Shown here: one piece after another, positions 47,824 to 61,629 of the stretch
Position numbering within the stretch: the stretch's first letter is position 1
Layout: each line of letters opens with the position of its first letter
Source of the DNA: Heteronotia binoei
Lineage: Eukaryota
Length of the DNA: 64,000 nt
Direction of reading: 5' to 3'
NCBI RefSeq assembly: GCF_032191835.1
Contig: NC_083229.1
Coordinates: forward strand, 30,566,001-30,630,000
Program-made: the position numbers and the translations under genes
The notes under the pieces: generated by a model
Database searches by the model: none
What the model saw: only the letters and a program-made list of their open reading frames with translations
What the model was told of the DNA's origin: nothing

Positions 47824-49078
47824 TTTTAGATGAATGAACAGCGAATTGGATACCAAGCAGTTAATGTATATTCTAGGCACTGTTCTAAAAAGCACCTGAG
47901 GGAGAGGCAACAGGTCTTTGAAGACTGAAAGTTTTCCACTTTTCAAAAATAATGGTTTGGATCTGAAAGCCATGTGCAGAGTTCCACTGGGGTACCAGGA
48001 CTATTCTCTCCCACCCACCCCTTATTACAACTGCTCCTTGAACCTGTCAGACCCTCTAGAGCTACATGGGCTGAGGGGGTGGAGAAACTTGGTTCAAGAA
48101 CTCCTGTTTTGTCAATTAAAGTACTTTGGGCTAGTAGTAATAATACAGGCTCTGTTAATTCAAATGGATTGTGGTATACTTTAAAGACAGTATAGAATGT
48201 AAAAACATACTGTATTTTAATTGTTTTACATAATGCATTTGGTCTTCTGTTTGGAATTATGTCACTTGAAACTATAGCTGACATGGCAAGCCTTTGAGAA
48301 AATGTTTCCTTACAATGTTGGATTCTTTTTGCCTAACAATGATAAATCACTTCTGTGTATTGGGCACTAAAATATATATCTTACGTAGTTATTATTATAA
48401 GGGTCAGATGCCCAAGGTGTTTATTGATTCACTTGCTTTTGAAAAACTTAAACAGCCATGACATTTTAAATTCTATTTCAAAAGTTAGCTTTGAACACCA
48501 AAACTGATAATAAGCATCAAATCATTCTCCCATCCCCTGTGGGGTACCAGCTCTAGTTCTACCCTTGGGAATATGACAGTTAAACTGGTTAACTTTAAAA
48601 TTAATCAGCCTGCTGTGGCCTGTTAAAAACAGGTAAACTTTTAAATATCTGCAAGCTTGCAAGTTGTTCTTTTATCAAGTGAAACAACCCTCTAGTAGGT
48701 TCCTGTCACAGTGATAGGAAAAAAAATACAGCAAAATTCCTAATGAGAAAAATTACTCAAAGGACTGCAAAAAATTCTGCACAAAAGGCAGTATGAAAGT
48801 CACTATTTGGCACCATCCCTCTTTTATCTAATATTCTAGGTTTTGTTTCTGGCATGTCGTTATACATTGTTCTACATTTTCTGATTTATTATCTTTTTTA
48901 AAAGTATATGACCAAAATAATAATTAAAAAAAAAAACAAATTAAAACATCCGTATATGTTCTACTCAAGAATTATCCATATACTAATTCCACATTTTCAA
49001 GTACCAATGCCTGCTTTTAAACCTACAGGTAGAAAACTCATTCAAATACTATCCTTGTATGTTAAAATTGGTCATAAT

Positions 49079-49260
49079 CAGAACTTGTTTTGTAACAGGA
49101 ACTCCTTTGCATATTAGGCCACACACCCCTGATGTAGCCAATCCTCCAAGAGCTTACAGGGCTCTTCTTACAGGGCCTACTATGAGCTCCAAGAGAATTG
49201 GCTACATCAGGGGTGTGTGGCTTAATACACAAAGGAGTTCCTGCTACCAAAAAAGCCCTG
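49079..49260. mobile_element. Palindromic hAT MITE, 182 bp
   Basis: Arms CAGGAACTCCTTTG...CCCCTGATGTAGCCAAT / ATTGGCTACATCAGGGG...CAAAGGAGTTCCTG; TSD GTCATAAT / GTCATAAC (7/8). Confidence 0.85.
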
Positions 49261-51036
49261 GTCATAACTTAATTTTGTTGATGGTCTATTAGTGCAGTAT
49301 GAAATACTCATAGAGGTGGATACTATGAAAAACCAATAGAAAGTGCAGATGGACCCCAAATGCTTCCAGCTTTCCCCTCCCTCCCAGGAGCCCTTTCCAA
49401 CCCTGGGAGAGTTAATTCTTGTGGTCAGAGAACCCTCATGCAGGCTCAGAGGCTGTTGTGAGGAGGAGGAGGAACAGAGTAAAGTCATTCCTTCCTACCT
49501 CTTGAATGACCAAAGAGATTTTGCCTTCTTCTCCACTGCAGGCTCCCAACCTGTGCAGCTATTAGTCCACATGGGTCCCACACCCCTGGAAATAAACTTT
49601 GCCAAAGTCAGAAAAGATTAATAGGAGAGAGGAAAGTGATATTTGCACGACTCTCATAAGGTCCTTGCTCTGGATCCCACCCATATATTGTATCACATAT
49701 GTCTTATTGTAATTAGGGGTATGTAGGAAAACTTTAAAAAAAAAAAATTGGGTCCATTGGACCAAAAAATATTGGCATTCCTGACTATTCCTAAATTCAA
49801 ATGTTGTATTGGGAGTTGAGTAAATATTCAGGAAACCTGGATTTATTCTGCTCCATTATACTCTATGGGAACGAAGATATTTTTCAGATATTATTCGGCT
49901 CGGTATATACCGAGTGCACACCCCTAATTCCCATTCTTCTCTTCCAGACTTTTTTGAACAAAATAAGAGCTTGTTCTCTTCTCTCCTATGTGTTACTTAT
50001 GTGTATATGGTAAAGAAAAGCAGTAAAACAGAAAGGACAATGATATTTAGTGTGAGTGCTGTGACTGAAGAGGCAGTCTATAGACTGCTTTGTTAATTCC
50101 AGAAAGCAAACCCAGACACGTTCGGTTTCATCACATGGAACTTCCATCATTACAAAGAATGAATAAACCATAAGTATGTGTGTTCATTTCCAAACGACTG
50201 GGGAAAAATCAATCCAAAAGGCCCTATTTGTTAAAATCATTGGAGTAACAAAAATGAATGGGAATATCAGCAAATGAATGAATTTGATTTCTTTCAATCA
50301 GTTCCCTGGAACTTAGCAGTCTGGTTTAGAGAGATTGATAAGATCAGAGGGAGTGAGACAGAGCCAGGAAATATGAAACTGCCATTACAGCTTCCCATTC
50401 CTCAAAGTCAAAAGAATTCTGCAATAGAAGAGAATTACACTGATACTTTTTTCTTTCTTCAATGTCTCCATCAATCATTGCTGGCTCAGTGATTCAGGGA
50501 TAGCTGTCTTGATTCTGTATAAGCTGCAGTGGATGACCTCCCAAGTTTCCCCTTTTACTGAGTAGTTGCCTATAGGGCATTTTGGTGTTACTCTGATCTC
50601 TGCTATTTAGTATATACATTTTTGTTCATTTTGGAATGCCCCATTGAAACTACTGGGAATAAAAACATATCTAAACATATCTAATGGTGAGGTCTAACAA
50701 ATGTAATGCTTAATGAAGAGAAAATAAACAAAACTAAAAAAAATTAAAGGAGCAAAAACTCACATTCCTAATAAGTTATAAAAATCATTCATACAGTTAC
50801 CCATCACTGGATTGGGACTGGGGGTATCAGAATGACCTCCCCACTTACTTTCACATGCATAATTATCAAATTTTTCACAGGGCAATCCCAAACTGTTAAT
50901 GGATTTAGATGGCTATAACTTACTTTAGGCTTGCACTGTCTTTAAAGTTTTTTTAAAAAGTCAAAATTTCTTTCTGATAATGGAAATGCCCCAGGGTTTG
51001 ATATATGTATACTCTTGTGTCATCTGTATTTTGCAG

Positions 51037-51222
51037 TGGTCAACTGTACTGATCCAGGAATTCCTGCAAATTCCATAAGAGAAAGTAAAATTGAGCATGG
51101 AAATTTTACCTATGGCACTGTTGTGTTTTATGACTGTAATCCTGGATATTTTTTATTTGGATCGTCTGTTTTAGTCTGCCAGCCAAATGGTCACTGGGAT
51201 AAACCTTTGCCAGAATGCATTA
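51037..51222 (+). CDS. CSMD3: CSMD3 exon (186 nt), Sushi domain
   Basis: ttgcag|TGGTC ... ATTA|gtaagt; (V)VNCTDPGIPANSIRESKIEHG...WDKPLPECI. Confidence 0.95.
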
Positions 51223-52121
51223 GTAAGTATTTTAGAAATGTGTATATGAGTACAAAATGCATATCTGCTTGTTAAAATAAGCAGGACAACTGTGCATGAT
51301 TTTTCATGTCATGTACAGAAAGCAAAACTATTGTGTTTGATCATCCCATGCAATAACCTTCATTGGGTTTATGTCTCTCCCCGCCACCCCACACACAGAA
51401 GGACTAGCTTTGTCCAAAATCTATCACATTTCAGATCACCTATCTTCCTGCTCCCTCCATTGCAGGAGCTCCTGCTAGAATTCTACCCCTGAGGATCAGA
51501 ATACTGGATTGTTAATATTTACAGAGATCCATGATTAAGGCATTGATTAATAGGTGATATAGCACCATAAAATATGGTGAACTGAAAGAGCCTTTATTGT
51601 GTGATTAATTTCTGTTGTCTTAAAACAGGTGACCTGAAACTGATAATTATTACCAATTAAATCTTCACTTTTTTAGCATGGAAGATTGGTTTCATCAAAG
51701 TTTCAACAAAACATTCATTGACTTCCATGCAGTCATGATATTCTGCCTCTTCTGTTCCCCCCTTCTTAAGGCACCGTAAGCAAAAGTTGTGTTAATGTCC
51801 ATTTTGTATGGTTCAGCGCTACTAGGCCTCAATCTGTGAAACACTATTTAAGATTAATCTTGGTGATCTGTCTCTGGAACTACTTTTAAAGCATGCTGTT
51901 GTAGGATTGATTTACAAATGTTATCACAATATATTTAGGTCAGACAAAATAGAAAAAATAGATACAAGGCATAATTCATACAGAATTTGCTGCCACAAGA
52001 TGTAGGGATGAGGTGATGGCCAGTGGCTTAAGTGACTTGCAGGTCAATCAGTGACTGATATTGAAAGCTAAATGGAATATTTGTATTCAGAGCTAGGATT
52101 TTTTCAAACACCACATCATGG

Positions 52122-52698
52122 TAGGGTTGCCAGGTCTGTGTTGGAAAATTCTGGAGACTTTGGGGATGAATCCGGGATAGAATGGGGTTTGGGGAGGGGC
52201 CTCAGAATGATACAGTGCCAAAGATTCCACCCTTCAAAGCAGCCATATTCTCCAGGGGAACTCACAAAAAAGAGAGAACCACAGAATAATAATAGCCTAT
52301 ACAAAAATAGACCATGATAAGATAACTAACAAACTTCACACAATATGTTTGAAATAATCACCTTATATAAAGTTAATGATATATCAAAAGCCAGTTCAAA
52401 CAATTGAATCATCAAGATACAATGATTTCCTCTATGTTGATAAATAAACACATGATTTAGCAACATACAAGAAATCATTGTGTCTTGATTCAGTTGTATG
52501 AATTGGCTATTGATAAATCATTAACTTTGTATAAGGTGATTATCTATTTCAAATATATTGTGCAGTTTGTTAGTTATCTTTCCATGGTCTATTTTTGTAT
52601 AGATTACTATGTTCTCCAGGGGAGCTGATTTCTGCCTGATGAAAATCAGTTGTAAAAGCAGGAAATATCCAGGTCCTACCTGGAGGCTGGTAACCCTA
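52122..52698. mobile_element. TAGGGTTGCCA-ended MITE split by a 350-bp AT-rich insertion
   Basis: TAGGGTTGCCA at 52122, TGGTAACCCTA ending 52698; host sequence TTCTCCAGGGGA duplicated at 52248-52259 and 52612-52623. Confidence 0.75.
52297..52602. repeat. AT-rich inverted repeat (about 130-bp arms, about 40-nt spacer)
   Basis: CTATACAAAAATAGACCATG...CAATGATTTC versus GAAATCATTG...CATGGTCTATTTTTGTATAG. Confidence 0.9.
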
Positions 52699-55104
52699 TC
52701 ATGGAGACAAACCATAGGTGAGAACTATTGCCTTCACACCCTGCTTATAGCCTTCCTGAAATTGACTTGCTTCTGTGCTGCCCTGTCAATTTCCCTACAT
52801 CGCAGGTCAGTGGATTGTGGATTTGGCTATAGGGAGGTGCTGTTAAATAGGTTGGTCGCTTTAGTTTGGCAGGTTTTTATTGTGCATCCAATGGAAATGG
52901 AGCTGTTCCCCCATCTGCACTGCCGGAATCCCTGGCTCCTCCAGAGAAGATCGCAGCAGACCTGCCCTCAAGAATGGACAATCTCATTAATATATCAGCT
53001 TGAAATGCAACTTGGGAGTTCTTTCCCGAACCCAAGCCTGAAACTCTGTGAGGGAGGAATGCCTGACACCTGTTCCAACGGAAAGAGCCTTTGCATTATG
53101 GCCGTGTTAACCCCTTCCTCGCCCTCCTCATCTGAAGAAGATGAAGGGGGGCTGGCCTTTTAGGCAGGCCTTAGGGAACTTGGGTGACAGCTGGTTACCC
53201 TTAGACTTACCCAACCCCTTCTTCCCAGGCATCTTGTAAAACCAATTAAGAATAAAGCCACACAAAGAATAAAGTCACACAAAATAGCCTAATATGGCTG
53301 CTGCTTCCACAAAAATTACACTAAAATGGCAGACGCTAGGCACCACTTAAAATGGCTGCCTACAGCTTCAAAGAAAGGCAACAAAGCTGATAGTGCCTGC
53401 CTAAAATGGCCCCCACACAACAACCCCTAAAACAGCCGCCTTCCTGCACAAGAAGGAGGCCAAAAAGAAGCAAATATGGCTGACCCAGCCCACAAAAAAC
53501 AAACATTGGGTAGGCAAAAAATTGGGCAAACTCCCTCAAAATAAATGAAAACAATTTGCAGAGGCCAAAAATCCAACCCTTTGCATACCGCCTGCTAAAA
53601 AGGGGAGGGGTTTCTGGCAATAAGGCTGATAAAGGAATGCTAAGCAGCCTAGGAAGGCATCCAAATTAAATTGAAGTGGGGGATGGGAAAAAAGGGCGGG
53701 GGGAGACCAATAAGCCGTGAACTCCGCTTCTCCTCCTCCGATGTCTTCTTCATGCACTGAGACCACCCCTCAGTCACGCCAAAAGCTGCCATCACGAAAC
53801 TGCGCCCACCAGGCCTTATCAGTGGCCTGATCAGCTCCCATCCCCTGAAATTGACCAGGGCAGAGCAGAAGCGAGTAAAGGCAATCCTGCCTGCCCATTA
53901 AGCCTCTGGGCCTAGAAATTGACCAGGAAAGAGGAGCAGCTAACGACACTCCTCCTTCAACGATCTCGAGCTGGAGATTGCAGAAGGGGGCAGATGGTCC
54001 TGCCGTTACTCCAGCAAGCCCCACCACTTCAAAAATGCACCCAAATGGGCCGCGAAAGTCCTCCCTTCCCTTCCAGAGAGGCAAAGACGTCCCTGCAGCC
54101 AAGCAGCATTGCTGCTGCCTGCTAGAGACAGATTGTCAAGTAACCATCCGCTCTCTGAGGACATGCACTGGATTTACGCACAGCATCTTCACTTATGACT
54201 CTGATAAAGAAGTCTGTGAAAACTCATATCACAGTACATCCATTAGTCTGTAAGGAATCACAAGTTATTTTTACTGCCTGCTGTAAATCAAAAACTCACC
54301 TCCTCTTCCACCATCAGAAAGTAATTCAAAATATAGTATCATTTTTATTTTAAAAAAAAACAGAGTTTTGGGCAGAATCTGAGTCTGTTGCATGCTGTGT
54401 GTGCCTTGAATCAGTTATAAAAAAAGTATGTAGCACAACACCTACAAGTGACATTTACTGACCTTTTTAAAATGTAATGTGTCAGTAGCCATAGAAGACT
54501 TTTTCAGATTAACTATATAATGAAAGTGTGAAACTAGTGGCTGTACTGAAATAGCCTAGTGACTTTTTGTCATGGGGAGGATGGTGAACTACTGTATTCA
54601 GAGCCTTAGGAAACACTTTTCAACATGACATTATAACACACCATGTAATAGATTGGGGGGGGGGAGAGGATGCAGTTTCTATAGGACAGAATTAAGGCTG
54701 TAAAGTTTGCTTAACTATGTCCATGGTATTTTTGTAATTGTGTGTATCTTACAACTTACAAGAGGTGTCGTTTTTCATTTGCTCACCAGAAGTAGAAGGA
54801 TTTTTCTCTTGTGTATCCTATAGATATAAAAACCAAGTTGTACTGGTGACAACTCACCTACCCTTCCTTTGGCTAAGCCACATGGCACTCAATCCCTCCA
54901 GCCCCAGAACTGATGAGGACTGGGCCTCTGGGGAAGCTGCCTTCACATCCTATTGGCCCATCCTGCTGGGTCCATTTTCCCTGAGTGGCTGTTGTTAGGC
55001 AACCACAGTATTTCAAGATTGGCTCTGTCAGTAAAAGGTGGGGAGGAGGCCCTTTCCAGGCCTATTTTGGCCTTTGAGGGAGAACTCATTGAGCCCAGTA
55101 CTGA

Positions 55105-55332
55105 CTACAGTTGCCAGCTCCAGGTTGGTGGGCAATTTCTGGAGATTTTGTGGTGAAGTCTACAGAAGCCAGAGTTCAAGGAGGGGAGAGGCCTCAGCTG
55201 AATATAATGCCATAGAGTCTACCCTCCATAGCAGTTATTTTCTCCAGGGGGAGAGAGATCTGTTGTCTGGAGTTCAGCTGTGATACCAAGAGATCTTCAG
55301 GCTCCACCTGGAGGTTGGTTGCCGTAACCCTG
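55105..55332. mobile_element. Decayed copy of the TAGGGTTGCCA MITE family
   Basis: CTGGAGATTTTG...GCCATAGAGTCTACCCTCC...TTTTCTCCAGGGG...CCACCTGGAGG...AACCCTG. Confidence 0.6.
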
Positions 55333-56421
55333 GCAGCACCCTCTTGTTGCACACAACCTGTGAGCCAAGTGTGCTCCCCCACCCAATTCAGAGCACAATT
55401 GGAGTCTTGTGAATATTACCAATGCATCTTTGCATATACAAGAATCATATAGATTCCCTTATTGTGGTAGCAGGACTAACTGTGACCCTCTGTTGAATGT
55501 ATACTTGATAAAGTATCTTGATTTGTTGTGGCATAATATGTAAAAAGATCAATTGATGATTCATTTCTAAAATATGGGTATGGAGGCTCAGACCTTGAAG
55601 AGATATGTAGAGGATGACAAGGGTCATTGTACAGCAACTGAAAGATGCTTTGCTTATGATTGCTGCTACTTGATCTTGTAATTTTGAGGGCAACTACCAT
55701 GTTTGCCAGCATAGTTCAGAAAATTGTCCCGTTTTTTAAGGGAATACAAAATCCCAAATATGTGTCACAATCAGTCTTTGAAAGAGTGGTTTGATTGTAA
55801 AAATAATTTGGATGAGAGCCAGTGATTTACAAAATATAGATTGTCAATGCAGAGTTATAAACATTTAAGACAGTAATGTCTAAGCAGGGTACTGAACTTA
55901 TAACAACCTAATTGGCTCTTGCAAATGTTGACATATGAAGCTTTATGTTTACTGATATTTCCCAGTTCTCCCAGCATTTTCCAAAATTTCATCTGGAAGA
56001 GAAAAGGAAGTAATATAACAGAATGTCTATTAGCTATTGCACAGGACTTGAAAAGAATCAGCTGAGATAATTTTCCCATAGTTACATAGGAAGTGCTTCA
56101 GAAGCAGTTCCATTAAATAAGGAATAAAATTGAGAAATAAAGACTGGATATATTACGTTTTCTGACATCTCTGTTTTCCTTGCACTCTCACTGTAGCCTA
56201 GGCAAAATAGTCATGTGCTGATAAATATGCACACAAACATCAATATACACATATAATCAACAATTGTTTGTTAAATTTCGGCTCAGGTAAGCCAAGTAAA
56301 AGGGTCATAGTGTGAGTAAATGTTTTAATGCCATGTAAAGAACACAAAATGCAATGGTGATGTCAAATGGAAGAATTTAGATTATAACGTAATTTTTATC
56401 TCCAATATTTATGTATCGTAG

Positions 56422-56595
56422 TGATTGACTGTGGTCATCCTGGCATTCCTCCCAATGCAATCCTGTCTGGTGAAAAATATACATTTGGTTCCACTGTTCG
56501 TTACTCCTGTACGGGAAGACGATTGCTAATAGGACAGGCATCCCGGACATGCCAGTTAAATGGACACTGGAGCGGATCTATGCCTCATTGCTCAG
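56422..56595 (+). CDS. CSMD3: CSMD3 exon (174 nt), Sushi domain
   Basis: tcgtag|TGATT ... TCAG|gtacca; (M)IDCGHPGIPPNAILSG...WSGSMPHCS. Confidence 0.95.
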
Positions 56596-56767
56596 GTACC
56601 ACTTTTGAAGTATGTGAATGTGCTTTTGAATGCAATTCTAAGCTTATATTAGTGTTGGCTGGAACTGGCTTTTTAGGAAACTGAAAATTAAACCCCAAAT
56701 GTTTAACATTTATATATAATTTATATATATATATATATATTTTTTAAATTTGTATTTTATATATTTG

Positions 56768-56982
56768 AGAGCTAGTGATGTGCAGTGGTTAAGAGGACTA
56801 ATATCTGGAAGACCAAGACCAAGGTTTGAATCCCCACTTACGCCATGGAAGTTCAGAGGGTGACCTTGTGCCAGTTATGCTGCCTCAGCCTGATCTACCT
56901 CACAGGGTTTTTGTGAGGATAAAATAGAGGAAAGGAGAATGATTTAAGCCACTTTGATTCCCACTGGTGGGGTATAAATTAA
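56768..56982 (+). mobile_element. CORE/MIR-like SINE
   Basis: GCAGTGGTTAAG ... GGTTTGAATCCCCAC ... CTACCTCACAGGGTTTTTGTGAGGATAAAA ... GGTATAAAT. Confidence 0.75.
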
Positions 56983-59900
56983 TTATTTTTAAAAAGATAC
57001 TTAGCTGCAGCAAAGCTAAATTCTACTTTATGCCTGGCAAGGAACACCAATTTGGAAAATGTTTCTAATGATATTTAAAATAAAAAATGAACACAGAGTA
57101 ATATAGGACAGCTGACCAGTTGGTGATGAATATTTATATTTAATGCTCTTTACATATTACTGAGAAGGAAGCTGAATTCCATATGGAGTGTTTCTGCATC
57201 TTGATTTCCTTCTCTTGACTTGGTTTTGTTTAACATGCAGAATTACTGTTTAATATAGTTTCCCTACACAGATGTCATATGTGTTATGATTATGCGTTCA
57301 TTCTCAGTAACATCCCAGATATCTTATTTTCTGTAAAGAATAGCATTTAGTGAAAAGGGGCTTCAGGGTTATTGGAAGATATTTCAGCACTGATTCACTT
57401 TTAAGGATGTGGCATTCACAAAACAGAATTGATCCTTATGCTACACAAAGCATTTGTGTAAAGTTTATCTGTCCAACTTTGCAACCAGTGAACAAGAAAC
57501 ATAACACCAGATGGGATTATGTAAATGGAAAGATAGGACTATGCAGATAGGATTCTTAATGATTCTCAGTGTTTTGGGCCACCAAAAAGAAGGAAAAATC
57601 ATAATCCTCATGAAGCTGCCCTATACATACCCTATTCACAAGCTACAGAGAATGCATGTACAATCTGTGTATAGTATACACGTGATTGTTCTTTGTACAT
57701 GAGTTAAATAATTCTTATGTTACAGTCAATGCGTATGCAGCTGAACATGTGATACAGATGCCACATTTATGCAGGTGCTGGTCCTGTTTTCTTCTTAAAG
57801 GGAACAAGTGTTGGCGCTTTTGTATAAACAGATGCATTCTTATGGGCAAGGTGTATGTGCATTCACTATAACATCTGAACATGTCCAGTGAGTCAAACCA
57901 ATGGCCTGTCAAGATCAGGATTGTCTACTCTGGCTGGCAGTAGCTGTCCAGGGTTTCAGGCAAACATATCTGACATCGGGTGTTTTTACACTGGCAGTTT
58001 GCAATGCCCTGTCACGGCATTGGAAACTCACCTTTTACATTACCTAATGTTCTCACAACTGTTTTGCATCGTTGCTCCCTGAAGCATCTACATTTGTTTT
58101 GGTGAGATAAGTTTTGGAGCTGCTGCTGCAGTGTTATTCTCCACACTAGTTTTGATCTGGTCTTTTCTCTACAGGCATTTCAAACTTATAGATGTTTTCA
58201 TACATTTTAAAAGACTCCTCCAAAGGCCACCACAAGGTGCAGTAATTTGCATGAGAACTGACAGCACTTGAAATTTTTACATATCATTGCTTGCCTCATC
58301 TAGTAATTTAAATTTGTATTGTTTTTGCAGTGTTTACACGATTTCCAAGAAATCGTATACATTTAACTTAGCACTGATATTCCAGCTGCCCTCTGATCAG
58401 AGACACCCCCCCCAAAAAAAATTGAAACACTTAAATGTAAAAGGAAAATAATTAAAATGGAACAGTGGCAGGTGATTTGAAGACTCTAAAAGTCTGGATC
58501 AAACTGAATGTAAAAACACCCATCATCTACTACCTGTTCCTTTAAATAAGATTCTGCAGATTGAATCTGAGAGCTTCCACACACAAAGCAGTTTTGCATG
58601 ACAACACAATCTCCTCCCAGTGATGTCCTAAAAGTTTTGTTTTGCTCCTCCCCCCCAGTGAATAGTTACCACTCATTCCCCAGGAGAAATGTGATGTGCA
58701 TCAGAGAAGTGCAATCAGTCTCTGACCATTGGGCACAGAGATGATTTAGTATACCAGTCCTTATTTCAAATGGGCAGCCCACTCATCATAATTATGAGTA
58801 TTTTTTTCTAATATTCGAAGATGGAAAACCACACATTTGTTGGGAAAACAGCTCAGAATTCTGCAGGTTTGCCTTTCAGGCTCATATCTGCCCATTTGAG
58901 CATTACAAAATTAGTAGTCTTGAGCCATCATAAAAATGTGAATAGGGGACAGTAATTCTCAGCTCAATGAGATCTAAGAAATATTTGACATCTTGAACAC
59001 TATCCAATCAAATATGGTCCCCTCACCCGAAAAGCAAACAAACAAACATAATCCATTAATTTTCCACAACTGGAGAATAGTAAACACATTCAACATTCTG
59101 CATGTTTAAGAATTTAAGTTTCAAGATTGTAATTGGCGTTTGGACTGCAGTGTTTGGTGAAATAATTTGAAACTCACCTACCAGGGTCATTCCTTTTACT
59201 CTACTGAAAGTGAATTATAGATTTTGTGCCACTGAAAAGCATCAGTCATATGTCTTCCTTGTGAAATACTTCCTTTGTGTGCTTTCATCTACATTACAGT
59301 TATAAAAAAACAGACATAAATCTGTTCATTTAAAAATAAACACTAGTGGAAAGGCTTTCCTTAAGTGCTTTTGTAGTAGAAAATGACTAACTGCTTCAGA
59401 GACCTCACAGCAGACATTAACCTTCCTGACCCGTACACTCAGACCTCGTGCTGGCTCTGTAAATGAGCCAATTTGGCTACTGTTGGCATTCCAGTACTGT
59501 CAATACTACAGTATCCATGCAAACCTGCCCCTCCCTCTTTTCATATTCTCTAGGAATGGAGGCCAGTAAGATCTTGTTGTATATGGGAGGTCAGTCTGGT
59601 GGTTGAGAGAAACAGACCATAAGACCATAATATTGGGGGGGGGGGAGATTTGGGGGGGAGGATTGAAAAAGCTGTGGCCGCCACCAGCCACCGAGATGTG
59701 GCAATATACAGTTGTTTTGCACCCCAAGAGACTATGCCCATGTGCTGATCTCTGAATCTTCTTCATGAGATTGGGAATGGCCAATGGACTAGTCTTCTTT
59801 CACTCTTCCTGTAAATGACGTGTTTATTATTATTTCTTTTTTTGAGATTTATACTCTGTATTTTTATCATATGATATCCATGTAGCAGGAAACCAGGTTT

Positions 59901-60107
59901 TGCATGACATCTACAGAACATGTTCATAATCTCTGAATTAAAATTAAACTCTGTTTGGTATTACTATAGTTAATGTTGGTATAGACATGTTACATCATTG
60001 TTAACATGGATAAGGGAAGAAGAGATTTGGACAGACAATGGGAGCAGAATCTGGGGAGGAGGGCGCAAGCCAATAAGGATTCTCAATTCCAGTGTTAAAT
60101 CTGTATC

Positions 60108-60449
60108 ATAACAAAGTTTGATTTCAATGGCACCTTTAAGACTAACAAAGTTTAATTCTGGATATAAACTTTTGTATGCATGCAGACATTTCATCAGATA
60201 CTTTGTAAGGTTGATGGAGTTCCATTCCATGCGTCTTAATGTGCTGCCTTCCATGATACAGTTTCAGATGAATAGCCATGTTGGTCTAAAGCAAAAGAAC
60301 AAAGTCTGAGTCCAGTGGCACCTTTAAGACCAACAAAGTTTAGTTCTGAGTATAAGCTTGCACACAAACACTTATACACAGAATTAAACTTAATTGGTCT
60401 TAAAGGTGCCACTCAAACTTTGTTCTGTTGCTTCAGACCAACATGGCTA
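60108..60449. mobile_element. Penelope-like pseudo-LTR remnants: tandem copy plus 177-bp inverted pair, with hammerhead-like motif on the minus strand
   Basis: GGCACCTTTAAGAC(T/C)AACAAAGTTTA occurs at about 60129 and 60315, inverted at about 60380-60410; minus strand GTAT-CTGATGA...CAAAAGTTTATAT at 60201-60162. Confidence 0.7.
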
Positions 60450-61384
60450 CCTTAGTAATTTTCCTAATGGTAATCACACCTATCCCGGAAACTGCTACAT
60501 GTCCCATGTGGGGATGGGGGGATACTTGTAGAATATAGTTTCCTATGTGTTTTGCGCCACAGGACAAAGAGCTTTAGAAAATTGGTGCAGAGGACATACT
60601 TCATCAAATTCAACTAATTATAGGTTATGTAGTTCCTTTTTCACCACAATTGTTTTTTTCTAGACATCTGGCATAACATTGACATTCTCATCCTAGACAA
60701 GCATTAATCTCAAGCCTCTTTGTAGCAGCCAAAACAGCTATTACCTCTAAATGGAAGTCACCTCAAGTTCCTTCACTTTCCTGTTGGTTTACCAAGATAC
60801 AGGACTCTTTAAAAATGGAAAAGATTATAATGGAAAAGATCGATCTAAACATTACCCCAGACATTCCCACTTCATTGAAAAATGGTTTCCATTCATTGAT
60901 TATGTTGCAATTCACAACCTCCAACCATACAATCCAGATTATCTCCAACTACTTTATCTTTAGTCTCTTTACTTCTTATAACTTTTTTCTTTCTTTCACA
61001 AGTGCTAGTTGTGGTCTGAATTCTAACATGGGAACATAACTTTGAGAGTCTTACTTAGTTCAGAATAACTTCATACTCTCGACTTCAGATAAATCTACTA
61101 AGATTGGTTCTTTTTTTCATTGTATAGTTCATTTTACTGTTTCAATATTCTGCTTGTTATTCCTATGTAATTATGATCTTGTTTTGATCTTATTTTGGTT
61201 TTTCTTTCATACTTGTTTCTTGGTTGTATTTTTATACTCAGTACACTAAAGTTAATTGTATTACCATAGCTCTTTATTAAAAATTCCAATAAAATATTAA
61301 TTACAGAGAAAATTGGTGCAGGAAGGAGGTTAAGCCTCTCTCCCATCCAACATTAATGCTTTTAAGCTTTTAGGAACTACAGCT

Positions 61385-61551
61385 NNNNNNNNNNNNNNNN
61401 NNNNNNNNNNNNNNNNNNNNNNNNNNNNNNNNNNNNNNNNNNNNNNNNNNNNNNNNNNNNNNNNNNNNNNNNNNNNNNNNNNNNNNNNNNNNNNNNNNNN
61501 NNNNNNNNNNNNNNNNNNNNNNNNNNNNNNNNNNNNNNNNNNNNNNNNNNN
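61385..61551. other. Assembly gap (167 N)
   Basis: Run of N. Confidence 1.
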
Positions 61552-61629
61552 AGTACTTAGACAAACCATGTATGAAAACTGAAGAGCTATAGATCATGAG
61601 GTGGTTACATGTCAATTTGGTACTCTGGG

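Noticed and set aside
52715-54150. GC-richer block with several 70-180 aa ORFs, possibly an old retroelement
   Set aside because: I could not find a diagnostic motif, terminal repeat or TSD; left unclassified pending a repeat-library search.
59410-59830. Non-repetitive-looking intronic block, possible conserved enhancer
   Set aside because: Conservation cannot be judged without alignments and no distinctive motif cluster was seen.
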